Part shown: one piece after another, positions 1 to 12,158 of the stretch
Numbering within the stretch: position 1 is the stretch's first letter
Layout: each line of letters begins with the position of its first letter
Assembly: GCA_002269645.1 (NCBI GenBank)
Contig: NIVC01003105.1
Span: 1-64,000 of the forward strand
From: Macrostomum lignano
Lineage: Eukaryota
DNA length: 64,000 nt
Direction: 5' to 3'
Notes under the pieces: model-generated
What the model saw: only the letters and a program-made list of their open reading frames with translations
Database searches by the model: none
Told to the model about the DNA's origin: nothing
Program-made: the position numbers and the translations under genes

Positions 1-2790
1 GCCATTCTATCTGCCATTCCCTTTGCCATTCCATCTGCAATTTCCTTTGCCATTCCATCTGAAATTCCCCTGCCATTTTCTTTGCTATTCCATCTGCCAT
101 TCCATCTGCCATTTCCTTTGCCATTCCATCTGCCATTCCATCTGAAATTCCCCCTGCCATTTCCTTTGCCATTCCACCTGGCATTCCATCTGCCATTTTC
201 TTTGCCATTTCCCCTGCCATTTCCTTTGCTATTCCACCTGGCATTCCATCTGCCATTTTCTTCGCCATTCCCCTGCCATTTCCTTTGCCATTCCATCTGG
301 CATTCCATCTGAAATTCCCCCTGCCATTTCCTTTGCCATTCCATCTGGCATTCCATCTGAAATTCCCCCTGCCATTTCCTTTGCCATTCCATCTGCCATT
401 CCATATGAAATTCCCCCTGCCATTTCCTTTGCCATTCCATCTGCCATTTTCTTTGCCATTCCATCTGCCATTTTCTTTGCCATTCCATCTAAAATTCCAT
501 CTAAAATTCCCCTGCCATTTCCTTTGTCATTCCATCTGCCATTCCATCTGCCATTTTCTTTGCCATTCCATCTGCCATTTCCTTTGCCATTCCATCTCCC
601 ATTCCATCTGCCATTCCATCTGCCATTTTCTTTGCCATTCCCCCTGCCATTTCCTTTGCCATTCCATCTGGCATTCCATCTGAAATTCCCCCTGCCATTT
701 CCTTTGCCATTCCATCTGGCATTCCATCTGAAATTCCCCCTGCCATTTCCTTTACCATTCTATCTGCCATTCCATATGAAATTCCCCCTGCCATTTCCTT
801 TGCCATTCCACCTGGCATTCCATCTGCCATTTTCTTTGCCATTTCCCCTGCCATTTCCTTTGCTATTCCACCTGGCATTCCATCTGCCATTTTCTTCGCC
901 ATTCCCCTGCCATTTCCTTTGCCATTCCATCTGGCATTCCATCTGAAATTCCCCTGCCATTTCCTTTGCCATTACATCTGCCATTCCATCTGAAATTCCC
1001 CCTGCCATTTCCTTTGCCATTCCATCTGGCATTCCATCTGAAATTCCCCCTGCCATTTTCTTTGCCATTCCATCTGGCATTCCATCTGAAATTCCCCCTG
1101 CCATTTCCTTTACCATTCTATCTGCCATTCCATATGAAATTCCCCCTGCCATTTCCTTTGCCATTCCACCTGGCATTCCATCTGCCATTTTCTTTGCCAT
1201 TTCCCCTGCCATTTCCTTTGCTATTCCACCTGGCATTCCATCTGCCATTTTCTTTGCCATTCCCCCTGCCATTTCCTTTGCCATTCCATCTGGCATTCCA
1301 TCTGAAATTCCCCTGCCATTTCCTTTGCCATTCCATCTGGCATTCCATCTGAAATTCCCCCTGCCATTTCCTTTGCCATTACATCTGCCATTCCATCTGA
1401 AATTCCCCCTGCCATTTCCTTTGCCATTCCATCTGGCATTCCATCTGAAATTCCCCCTGCCATTTCCTTTGCCATTCCATCTGCCATTCCATATGAAATT
1501 CCCCCTGCCATTTCCTTTGCCATTCCATCTGCCATTTTCTTTGCCATTCCATCTGCCATTTTCTTTGCCATTCCATCTAAAATTCCATCTAAAATTCCCC
1601 TGCCATTTCCTTTGTCATTCCATCTGCCATTCCATCTGCCATTTTCTTTGCCATTCCATCTGCCATTTCCTTTGCCATTCCATCTCCCATTCCATCTGCC
1701 ATTCCATCTGCCATTTTCTTTGCCATTCCCCCTGCCATTTCCTTTGCCATTCCATCTGGCATTCCATCTGAAATTCCCCTGCCATTTCCTTTGCCATTCC
1801 ATCTGGCATTCCATATGAAATTCCCCCTGCCATTTCCTTTACCATTCTATCTGCCATTCCATATGAAATTCCCCCTGCCATTTCCTTTGCCATTCCACCT
1901 GGCATTCCATCTGCCATTTTCTTTGCCATTTCCCCTGCCATTTCCTTTGCTATTCCACCTGGCATTCCATCTGCCATTTTCTTTGCCATTCCCCCTGCCA
2001 TTTCCTTTGCCATTCCATCTGGCATTCCATCTGAAATTCCCCCTGCCATTTCCTTTGCCATTCCATCTGGCATTCCATCTGAAATTCCCCCTGCCATTTC
2101 CTTTGCCATTACATCTGCCATTCCATCTGAAATTCCCCCTGCCATTTCCTTTGCCATTCCATCTGGCATTCCATCTGAAATTCCCCCTGCCATTTCCTTT
2201 ACCATTCTATCTGCCATTCCATATGAAATTCCCCTGCCATTTCCTTTGCCATTCCACCTGGCATTCCATCTGCCATTTTCTTTGCCATTTCCCCTGCCAT
2301 TTCCTTTGCTATTCCACCTGGCATTCCATCTGCCATTTTCTTTGCCATTCCCCCTGCCATTTCCTTTGCCATTCCATCTGGCATTCCATCTGAAATTCCC
2401 CCTGCCATTTCCTTTGCCATTCCATCTGGCATTCCATCTGAAATTCCCCCTGCCATTTCCTTTGCCATTACATCTGCCATTCCATCTGAAATTCCCCCTG
2501 CCATTTCCTTTGCCATTCCATCTGGCATTCCATCTGAAATTCCCCCTGCCATTTCCTTTGCCATTCCATCTGCCATTCCATCTGAAATTCCCCTTGCCAT
2601 TTCCTTTGCCATTCCATCTGGCATTCCATCTGAAATTCCCCCTGCCATTTCCTTTGCCATTCCATCTGCCATTCCATATGAAATTCCCCCTGCCATTTCC
2701 TTTGCCATTCCATCTGCCATTCCATCTGCCATTCCATCTGCCATTCCATCTGCCATTGCATCTTCCATTTCCTTTGTCATTCATTTGCCA
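1..2790. repeat. Intronic minisatellite built from 12-bp units (GCCATTCCATCT, GCCATTTCCTTT, GAAATTCCCCCT and variants)
   Basis: Continuous 12-bp periodicity from the window start to just before the acyl-CoA oxidase acceptor at 2841-2842. The variant pattern at 481 recurs at 1569 (1088-bp higher-order repeat). Confidence 0.97.
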
Positions 2791-2842
2791 TTCCCTCTGC
2801 CTTCAGCCTGAGTCTCCCTCCCCTCTCCCCGCCCAAATTCAG

Positions 2843-3289
2843 ATACAGCGACATTGACGAGCAGGGCAATTTCACCACGTCAATCAAGAGCAACCGAGCT
2901 CGCTTCCTGACCGTGGCCGACCAGCTGCTCTCCGGCCGAATCTGCATTGCCAGCATGTGCATGGGTGGCGTCAAGGCCTGTCTGTCCATCGCTCTGCGCT
3001 ACGCCTCCACCCGCCTGACTGTCGGGCCGACTGGCAAATCCGACACTCCAATTCTCACCTACGAGCTGCAGAAGCGGGCCCTGGTTCCGCTGCTGGCCGA
3101 CACCGTGGCTCTGAATATCGGCCTGGACCAGGTCAAGGACGCGTTTGCTACGGCCAAGACTGAGGCAGAGCACGCCAACCTGGTGACCATGTGCTGCGCT
3201 ATCAAACCGCTCTGCGGCTGGCATATGGAGCGGGTAGCCAGCATCACTAGGGAGCGATGCGGCGGCCAGGGCTACCTGGCCTGCAATAG
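2843..3289 (+). CDS. Acyl-CoA oxidase, penultimate exon (gene starts upstream of the window)
   Basis: TTCAG acceptor 2841-2842 and GTGAGG donor at 3290. Translation [10 protein letters not shown]...[19 protein letters not shown]...[17 protein letters not shown]...[13 protein letters not shown] carries the acyl-CoA oxidase RERCGGQGY motif. Confidence 0.9.
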
Positions 3290-3461
3290 GTGAGGAATAC
3301 GGCTGCAGTTTAAATATTTTCTAAGAAACATATCTGTAATATCTGTAATATTTATAAGAAATAATTTTTTACAATTATACTCTAATGCTTTCTCTTGTCT
3401 TGTTTGGCGGGAATTCCATGGTAAATACAAGGAGTTACCATTTTTTCAAGGGGAACAAATA

Positions 3462-4130
3462 CAAGGGGAATCCCATAGTCGGAAATAGGTGGGGAATCCC
3501 ATAGTCGGAAATATGTGGGGAATCCCATAGTCGGAAATATGTGGGGAATCCCATAGTCGGAAATAGGTGGGGAATCCCATAGTCGGAAATAGGTGGGGAA
3601 TCCTATAGTCGGAAATAGGTGGGGAATCCCATAGTCGGAAATAGGTGGGGAATCCCATAGTCGGAAATAGGTGGGGAATCCCATAGTCGGAAATAGGTGG
3701 GGAATTCCATAGTCGGAAATACGTGGAGAATCCCATAGCGGGAATCCATGGGGAATCCCGTAGCCGGAAATCCGTGGGGAATCCCGTAGCCGGGAGTCCG
3801 TGGAGAATCCCGTAGCCGGAAATCCATGGGGAATCCTGTTGCCGGAAATCCGTGAGGAATCTCGTAGCCAGGAATCCGTTGGGAATCCCGTAGCCGGGAG
3901 TCCGTGGGAATCCCGTAGCCGGAAATCCGTGAGGAATCCCGTAGCCGGAAATCCGTGAGGAATCTCGTAGCCGGAAATCCGTGAGGAATCCTGTTGCCGG
4001 AAATCCGTGAGGAATCCAGTAGCTAATAATCCGTTGGGAATTCCGTAACTGGGAATCCGTGGAGAATCCCGTAGCTGGGAATCCGTGGGGAATCCCATAC
4101 CCGGGAATCCGTGTGAAATCTGTGAGAATT
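3462..4130. repeat. Intronic 26-bp minisatellite (GGGAATCCCATAGTCGGAAATAGGTG) grading into a related 25-bp unit
   Basis: Direct tandem copies visible between the two acyl-CoA oxidase exons. Confidence 0.92.
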
Positions 4131-4186
4131 CTCATCCTGGACGTCCGCAAATATCAAATTTATCAAATTTCTCCCACTTTGTCAAG

Positions 4187-4814
4187 GTTCGGCACCTACA
4201 TCGGCAACGCCCACGCCGCCCTCACCGCCGAGGGCGACAACTCGGTGCTGATGCAGAAAGTGGCCAAAGAGCGCCTGTCGCTATTCAAGCCAACCAAGCC
4301 GGCTTCAGTTGCTAAGGACGCCAGCGCAGTGAACGATCCGGCCTTCCTCGAAGCCGTCCTAGCGTCGCACGAGACGCGCCTAAATGGCGCCCTAGTTGGC
4401 GCGCTAGGCAAAGCTGGCGCCTCCGGTTTGTTTCAAGCCTGGATGTGCGAACTCAGCGACGAGGTGCAAGAAGCCGCCAAGATGTACGGCTACAGACTCA
4501 CCGCCGAGGCGGTGGCCAAGGCTGTCGCCGACTTGCCCGAAGGCTCGCCCGGTCGCGAACTGCTGTCCAGCATCCGGCATCTGTATCTGTTGAACTGCGT
4601 CGAGCGTCATCTCGGCTCAATTATGAGCACCGGACTCATCTCGCCTGAGCAGGGCGCCGCCGTCTCCAAGGCTGCCAGGCGGCTGTGCAGCACCATCGAC
4701 ACCAGGGCGGTGGTGGACGCGTTCGATCTGAGCCCGAAGCTGCTGTCCGCCCCCATTGCCGCCGACTGGGTGGCTTACAATGTCGGCGACAACCGGGGCG
4801 AGGTGGTCGGTTGA
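4187..4814 (+). CDS. Acyl-CoA oxidase, terminal exon
   Basis: AAG acceptor 4185-4186 is phase-compatible with the previous exon (AG+G = Arg). It continues NRFGTYIGNAHAALTAEGDNSVLMQKVAKE, with the catalytic Glu motif TAEGDN; stop TGA 4812-4814. Confidence 0.9.
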
Positions 4815-4934
4815 GAAGCCTTCGATAGCGAATTCATTGAACTTCACCATAATTTTATTGCTTATATATGATCACTTATATAGTTTCCGCCAGACGTAAA
4901 AATTCAACTCTACTTCCGGTTTTTCTAAGATATC

Positions 4935-5315
4935 TGGGGAATTCCCTTCGTGGGAAATCCTGAGAAATTCCCTTCTTGGGAAATCCTGAGGAATTCCCTT
5001 TTGTTGGAAATCCTGAGGAATTCCTTCCGTAGGAAATCCTAGGGAATTTCCGTACTGGAAAATCCTGGAAAATTACCGTCGTGGGAAACCCCTAGGGAAT
5101 TCCCGTTCTCGGAAATCCTGGGGAATTCTTTTCGTGGAAAATTTGAGGAATTCCCGTTGTGAAAAATTATTGGGAATTCCCGTCGTAGAAATTGTGGGGA
5201 TTTCCCATACCGGGCTATCCTGGGAATTCCCGTCAAGGTGAATCAGTGGCAGTTACCGACGTTTGGGAATTCCATTTTGTAGGAAATTTTCGGGGGATGG
5301 GAATTCCTGTCAGGC
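4935..5315. repeat. Degenerate GGGAATTCCC/GGAAATCC tandem repeat related to the 3462-4130 array
   Basis: Recurrent GGGAATTCCC...GGAAATCCTG units downstream of the acyl-CoA oxidase stop. Confidence 0.7.
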
Positions 5316-5923
5316 AATTTTAAATGAATTCACGTTCTACAAAATTGCGTAAATTTTTCTGAAAGTTAATAAAATAATTTTTTAGGTAAAAGAATTTAAT
5401 CTTTTTTTAGAATAGTTAATTGGCATAGTAACTCTTTATAAAAAATTTATTATTAAGTAAATAAATTGAGAAATGACTTCGCTTCTATCTTACTGTTAAA
5501 CCATTTATTTGTAAAGATCTATCTTAATTATTTTTTGTCTCTAACTCCGGCTCGTGAAATGTCATTTGAGATAATGAGAGCTACAATGCTCAGGGCATGC
5601 TACACTATAGAGATGGCTTCAATGGCGATGGCTGAGCATATTTTCTATTAGTTGCGAATTGCTACAACAGGGCCGCTCTCGTTTCTCCCTGATCCCTGAT
5701 CCCCCTATCCAGGCTCATTTCGTTTATGCCATGGCTGTTGTGTGCGCGCCATCGTACACCGCCTCACGCTCAGTTGCTCTCTGGAAGGGTCGGCCTATCG
5801 TTAATCCGCTCGAGCTGTTTCTGTGTGTGACAGGCCCGGGGCTCTCTGCCTGTTTGCTTTATAGCCGAGTTTCTATTCAGAAGTACTTTAGACCTTTTGC
5901 TAGCTATATATTCGCCATTTGAG

Positions 5924-5932
5924 ATGGGTGGG
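5924..5932 (+). CDS. TCEANC2: Candidate first coding mini-exon (Met-Gly-Gly) of TCEANC2
   Basis: ATG GGT GGG followed by a GTGAGA donor (5933), phase 0, matching the phase-0 acceptor at 9523/9524. Other start options are not excluded. Confidence 0.3.
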
Positions 5933-6134
5933 GTGAGAGGGATTCTAGGCGAAATTTCTCAAATTTGAGATAAGTCTTCGGTGATGCTGAATTTGTATTT
6001 ATGCTGGAAATAGCTTTTCTGCCACGTCTGGCTTCACTGTGCTAAGCTAAATGGGTCAGACCTGTTTGCTTAATGCTATCTTTGACGATTCTGACTGCCA
6101 GTAAAGCTGCTCTAGGAATGAAGGCTGTCCTATA

Positions 6135-9100
6135 AATCTCTGTAGATTTATGCTGTCTTCTAGATCTCTGTAGATTTCTACTGTCTTCTAGATCTCTGTA
6201 GATTTCTACTGTCTTCTAGATCTCTGTAGATTTATGCTGTCTTCTAGATCTCTGTAGATTTCTACTGTCTTCTAGATCTCTGTAGATTTCTACTGTCTTT
6301 TAGATCTCTGTAGATTTATGCTGTCTTATAGATCTCTGTAGATTTCTACTGTCTTATAGATCTCTGTAGATTTCTACTGTCTTCTAGATCTCTGTAGATT
6401 TCTACTGTCTTCTAGATCTCTGTAGATTTCTACTGTCTTGTAGATCTCTGTAGATTTATGCTGTCTTCTAGATCTCTGTAGATTTCTACTGTCTTCTAGA
6501 TCTCTGTAGATTTCTACTGTCTTTTAGATCTCTGTAGATTTCTACTGTCTTATAGATCTCTGTAGATTTATGCTGTCTTATAGATCTCTGTAGATTTCTA
6601 CTGTCTTATAGATCTCTGTAGATTTCTACTGTCTTATAGATCTCTGTAGATTTATGCTGTCTTCTAGATCTCTGTAGATTTCTACTGTCTTTTAGATCTC
6701 TGTAGATTTATGCTGTCTTATAGATCTCTGTAGATTTATGCTGTCTTATAGATCTCTGTAGATTTATGCTGTCTTCTAGATCTCTGTAGATTTATGCTGT
6801 CTTCTAGATCTCTGTAGATTTCTACTGTCTTGTAGATCTCTGTAGATTTCTACTGTCTTATAGATCTCTGTAGATTTCTACTGTCTTATAGATCTCTGTA
6901 GATTTCTACTGTCTTATAGATCTCTGTAGATTTCTACTGTCTTCTAGATCTCTGTAGATTTCTACTGTCTTATAGATCTCTGTAGATTTCTACTGTCTTC
7001 TAGATCTCTGTAGATTTCTACTGTCTTATAGATCTCTGTAGATTTCTACTGTCTTCTAGATCTCTGTAGATTTCTACTGTCTTATAGATCTCTAGATTTC
7101 TACTGTCTTATAGATCGCTGTAGATTTCTACTGTCTTATAGATCTCTGTAGATTTCTACTGTCTTCTAGATCTCTGTAGATTTCTACTGTCTTATAGATC
7201 TCTGTAGATTTCTACTGTCTTATAGATCTCTGTAGATTTATGCTGTCTTCTAGATCTCTGTAGATTTCTACTGTCTTATAGATCTCTGTAGATTTCTACT
7301 GTCTTCTAGATCTCTGTAGATTTCTACTGTCTTCTAGATCTCTGTAGATTTCTACTGTCTTATAGATCTCTAGATTTCTACTGTCTTATAGATCGCTGTA
7401 GATTTCTACTGTCTTATAGATCTCTAGATTTCTACTGTCTTATAGATCGCTGTAGATTTCTACTGTCTTATAGATCTCTAGATTTCTACTGTCTTCTAGA
7501 TCTCTGTAGATTTCTACTGTCTTATAGATCTCTAGATTTCTACTGTCTTATAGATCGCTGTAGATTTCTACTGTCTTCTAGATCTCTGTAGATTTCTACT
7601 GTCTTATAGATCTCTAGATTTCTACTGTCTTCTAGATCTCTGTAGATTTCTACTGTCTTATAGATCTCTAGATTTCTACTGTCTTATAGATCGCTGTAGA
7701 TTTCTACTGTCTTCTAGATCTCTGTAGATTTCTACTGTCTTATAGATCTCTGTAGATTTCTACTGTCTTATAGATCTCTGTAGATTTATGCTGTCTTCTA
7801 GATCTCTGTAGATTTCTACTGTCTTCTAGATCTCTGTAGATTTCTACTGTCTTTTAGATCTCTGTAGATTTATGCTGTCTTATAGATCTCTGTAGATTTC
7901 TACTGTCTTATAGATCTCTGTAGATTTCTACTGTCTTCTAGATCTCTGTAGATTTCTACTGTCTTCTAGATCTCTGTAGATTTCTACTGTCTTGTAGATC
8001 TCTGTAGATTTATGCTGTCTTCTAGATCTCTGTAGATTTCTACTGTCTTCTAGATCTCTGTAGATTTCTACTGTCTTTTAGATCTCTGTAGATTTCTACT
8101 GTCTTATAGATCTCTGTAGATTTATGCTGTCTTATAGATCTCTGTAGATTTCTACTGTCTTATAGATCTCTGTAGATTTCTACTGTCTTATAGATCTCTG
8201 TAGATTTATGCTGTCTTCTAGATCTCTGTAGATTTCTACTGTCTTTTAGATCTCTGTAGATTTATGCTGTCTTATAGATCTCTGTAGATTTATGCTGTCT
8301 TATAGATCTCTGTAGATTTATGCTGTCTTCTAGATCTCTGTAGATTTATGCTGTCTTCTAGATCTCTGTAGATTTCTACTGTCTTGTAGATCTCTGTAGA
8401 TTTCTACTGTCTTGTAGATCTCTGTAGATTTCTACTGTCTTATAGATCTCTGTAGATTTCTACTGTCTTATAGATCTCTGTAGATTTCTACTGTCTTCTA
8501 GATCTCTGTAGATTTCTACTGTCTTATAGATCTCTGTAGATTTCTACTGTCTTCTAGATCTCTGTAGATTTCTACTGTCTTATAGATCTCTGTAGATTTC
8601 TACTGTCTTCTAGATCTCTGTAGATTTCTACTGTCTTATAGATCTCTAGATTTCTACTGTCTTATAGATCGCTGTAGATTTCTACTGTCTTATAGATCTC
8701 TGTAGATTTCTACTGTCTTCTAGATCTCTGTAGATTTCTACTGTCTTATAGATCTCTGTAGATTTCTACTGTCTTATAGATCTCTGTAGATTTATGCTGT
8801 CTTCTAGATCTCTGTAGATTTCTACTGTCTTATAGATCTCTGTAGATTTCTACTGTCTTCTAGATCTCTGTAGATTTCTACTGTCTTCTAGATCTCTGTA
8901 GATTTCTACTGTCTTATAGATCTCTAGATTTCTACTGTCTTATAGATCGCTGTAGATTTCTACTGTCTTATAGATCTCTAGATTTCTACTGTCTTATAGA
9001 TCGCTGTAGATTTCTACTGTCTTATAGATCTCTAGATTTCTACTGTCTTTTAGATCTCTGTAGATTTCTACTGTCTTATAGATCTCTAGATTTCTACTGT

Positions 9101-9250
9101 CTTATAGATCGCTGTAGATTTCTACTGTCTTCTAGATCTCTGTAGATTTCTACTGTCTTATAGATCTCTGTAGATTTCTACTGTCTTATAGATCTCTGTA
9201 GATTTCTACTGTCTTATAGATCTCTGTAGATTTCTACTGTCTTATAAATA
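6135..9250. repeat. 28-bp minisatellite (TAGATCTCTGTAGATTTCTACTGTCTTA) with 25-bp deletion variants
   Basis: Uninterrupted 3.1-kb array. The variant series at 6241 recurs at 7795 and that at 7081 recurs at 8635 (1554-bp higher-order duplication). Confidence 0.98.
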
Positions 9251-9523
9251 GCTCCAGATCAAATGCAATCCTTGATTTTTTAGATAAAAAATGATTTTTA
9301 TTATCACCGCAGTGTATTTCCAGAAAATCGGCCCCCTAAAAATTACACAATCCTTGAGTTTTACGTCCTGTTATACTACAGTGATCCTTGGATCTATCTA
9401 TCTCTATAGATCCTGTAGGCTGTCTTATAGATCCATTTATAGGTCCCAATCGTCTTAAAGATGTCCTTAAATTTTTTTTTAATTGTCGATTGCTACTATA
9501 AACAAAACTCCCACATCCCCCAG

Positions 9524-10204
9524 TCTCCGCCCCGAGCTTCATCCAGACGGCCGCAAGGCGACGGCCGGCTGCGTCAAATTCGAATCGACAATTTTCTGAA
9601 GCGACAGCCGGACACAGGCGGCGGACTCGGCGTCTCCTCGGGCTCCAGCCGGCAGGTGCGCATCACCGACATGCGCGGCGTTGTCGTGGTGGAAGACCTG
9701 TACCGCTACAAGGAGGTACTGAGAGCTCCGGAGCGATGGAGCCCGGGTCAGCTGCTGGACACTCTGAATAAGCTAGCAGCCAAGCAGCCTAGCAGGGAGC
9801 TGCTCAAACTCACCAAGATTGGCGCTCACGTGAAACGATTGACCAACCATCCGGATGCTGAAGTTGCCAGGGCGGCTAGCGCCATCTGCGACTCCTGGCT
9901 GGCTCATTTTATCGAAGTTCAGAGCCGTCAGCAGCTGGACGTGGCCTGCGACGCCGCTTGTACAGAGCAGCGAAGGCGGACCCGACAGCTGCTGGCTGCT
10001 GCGTTGAGCTGCTCGGAGGACTCGCCAGCCGCTGTCGGCATTGAGCGACAGCTGTTCTTTAATTACCGCAGCTTAGTTGGTCATAATTATTGGCAAGCGG
10101 CCAGGCGGCTGACGGCTAAACTGAGGTCGGATGCCAGCCTGCGGGCGGCTGCCACTGCTGCTGACGCCGACTATAAGGGGCTTCTGGCTGCTCTGACTGG
10201 TTGA
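9524..10204 (+). CDS. TCEANC2: Transcription elongation factor A N-terminal and central domain-containing protein 2, main exon
   Basis: VVVVEDLYRYKEVL, PSRELLKLTKIGAHVKRLTNHPDAEVARAA and IERQLF match the remembered human TCEANC2 segments [44 protein letters not shown] and IERETF. CCCCAG acceptor 9522-9523; stop TGA. Confidence 0.88.
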   Translation, partial: SPPRASSRRPQGDGRLRQIRIDNFLKRQPDTGGGLGVSSGSSRQVRITDMRGVVVVEDLYRYKEVLRAPERWSPGQLLDTLNKLAAKQPSRELLKLTKIGAHVKRLTNHPDAEVARAASAICDSWLAHFIEVQSRQQLDVACDAACTEQRRRTRQLLAAALSCSEDSPAAVGIERQLFFNYRSLVGHNYWQAARRLTAKLRSDASLRAAATAADADYKGLLAALTG

Positions 10205-10384
10205 CAAGTTTGCTAATGCTTTAATTATATTGCGCTCCGAAATCCAATGTTACTTTTATCATTCGTCTGTTTATTGCAGTGCATTTAAATTGAAATACAA
10301 TACAAATAATACAATTTAATACGAACTTGGTTGCTTTCATTTTTTTCATTATGCTGTCTGGATTTGTGTCAATTTTTCAACTGG

Positions 10385-10755
10385 ACATTTCCTCTTTCTT
10401 TATTACCTTCCTCCCTTCCCTACTCCCCTTCCTTTATTACCTTCCTCCCTTCCCTCTTCCCCTTCCTTTATTACCTTCCTCCCTTCCCTCTTCCCCTTCC
10501 TTTATTACCTTCCTCCCTTCCCTCTTCCCCTTCCTTTATTACCTTCCTCCCTTCCCTCTTCCCCTTCCTTTATTACCTTCCTGGGTCCCTCTTCCCTCTT
10601 CCCTTTCCTTCTTCCCCTCTTCCCTTTCCCTCTTCCCCTCTTCCCTTTCCTTCCCCTCTTCCCTTCCATCTCCCCTCTTCCCCTCCTCTCATCCTCTGTC
10701 CATTCCCTCCTCCCCCCTTCCCTTCCTTTCTCCCACTCTTTCCACCCCTCCCAGT
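10385..10755. repeat. CT-rich low-complexity tract including a 34-bp tandem repeat
   Basis: CTTCCTCCCTTCCCTCTTCCCCTTCCTTTATTAC repeats followed by a polypyrimidine run, between TCEANC2 and UTP25. Confidence 0.85.
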
Positions 10756-10805
10756 TTCTAATCCCAGCAGTTATCATTACTAAAGTACATAATGTTTCAT
10801 ATTTC

Positions 10806-11926
10806 ATGGCCACCGCCGCCCAGCCGAACTCTTCGACAAAGCTGCCGCCGAAGCGACCAGCCGAGGCTCTCAAAGACGAAAGCAGCACCGACAGCGAAAC
10901 CGGCAGCGAAACTTCTGCTTCAAAAGCGAAACGATCTCGCCCTGTAGACAGTCAGTCCTCTTCAACGGCAAAGAGTTCCTCTGCCAATAGCAGTTTTCAC
11001 AGGCACTTATCTGCTGTGCTCACCGACTCGGAGACCAGCACTCTGCGCGATGGCCAGTGCCTCTCAGCCAGCCTTGAACTGCCCGGCTTTGTCGGCGAGC
11101 AGGCCTATTTCTACAAACTGCCCCGGTGTCTTGACGAACTGAAAACCCGACTAGCCTCAAACTCTGACAGTTTGTCAGCTGATTTTGTCAGCTTTCTCAG
11201 GCCAGCAGCTGAGGCGGCGGCTGGCCTGGGTGACAGATGGAGCAGTTTGCTGAGCCTGCTCACTGGCTACAGAGATTTGACACTGTGCGACCGGCGGCCT
11301 GGGCCAGAGAGTGCCGACAGGATCCGCCTGTGCTACTGTCTGCACCTGCTCAACCACCTGTATCAGACACGGCGTCTGGTGCTTAGGAATAACTCTTCAT
11401 CATCAGCTGCGGATCCTGAGAGTCTGCGCGATCAAGGCTTCGCCAGGCCCAGGGTTCTCTTGCTGCTTCCAGTCAGGGAGTCGGCATTGAAAGCCGTGGA
11501 AACTTTAATCTCCCTGCTGCCGGCCGGAGCTCTGGTCAGTCATCGGGCTCGGTTCCTTCGCGAGTTTCGCTGCAGTTCGGCTTCATCAGACTCGGACAGG
11601 CGACGCGGCAAGAAGCCGCCAGATTTTGAGGAACTGTTCGGCGCCAACTCTGATGACGATTTCCGATTGGGTATCGCCGTTGCCAAGCGGACATTGAAGT
11701 TGTACACGCCGTTTCTGGCTTCGGATCTTATTGTTGCCTCGCCTCTGGGCCTGGCGGATATTGTGGCTGAACAGCCGCGCCTGCTGAGCTCTCTGGAGCT
11801 GCTGATCATCGATCAGGCTGACTCGATTGCTGCTCAGAACTGGTGCCGAGTGCTCGACATTGTTGAGGCTGCCAACCGGATACCGGAGGACACTGGCGAG
11901 GCTGATCTGTTCCGGTGTCGGCTCTG
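10806..11926 (+). CDS. UTP25: U3 snoRNA-associated protein 25 (digestive organ expansion factor), exon 1
   Basis: YCLHLLNH, RDQGFARPRVLLLLP and DDDFRLGI...LYTPFLASDLIVASPLGL are hallmark UTP25/DEF motifs. GTGCGT donor at 11927. Confidence 0.93.
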
Positions 11927-11939
11927 GTGCGTTTGCTTG

Positions 11940-12100
11940 CTGACTGACTGACTGACTGACTGACTGACTGACCTCACCTCACCTCACCTCACCTCACCTG
12001 ACTTCACCTGACCTGACCTGACCTGACCTGACCTCACCTGACCTCACCTGACCTGACCTCACCTTACCTCACCTGACCTCACCTCATCTGACCTGATCTG
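11940..12100. repeat. (TGAC)n and (ACCTC/ACCTG)n microsatellites in UTP25 intron 1
   Basis: Directly visible short tandem repeats. Confidence 0.9.
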
Positions 12101-12158
12101 ATAGACACTAAGACAGACAGACTGGCCTAACTAACTAATCCCACGTACCACCTCTCAG

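Noticed and set aside
82-2857. Many overlapping ORFs (PFHL/MADG repeats)
   Set aside because: Consequence of 12-bp unit periodicity in an intron.
6135-9250. 28-29-bp repeat arrays (also 24712-27720) of CRISPR-like unit length
   Set aside because: The units are directly adjacent with no unique spacers, there are no cas genes, and the context is eukaryotic.
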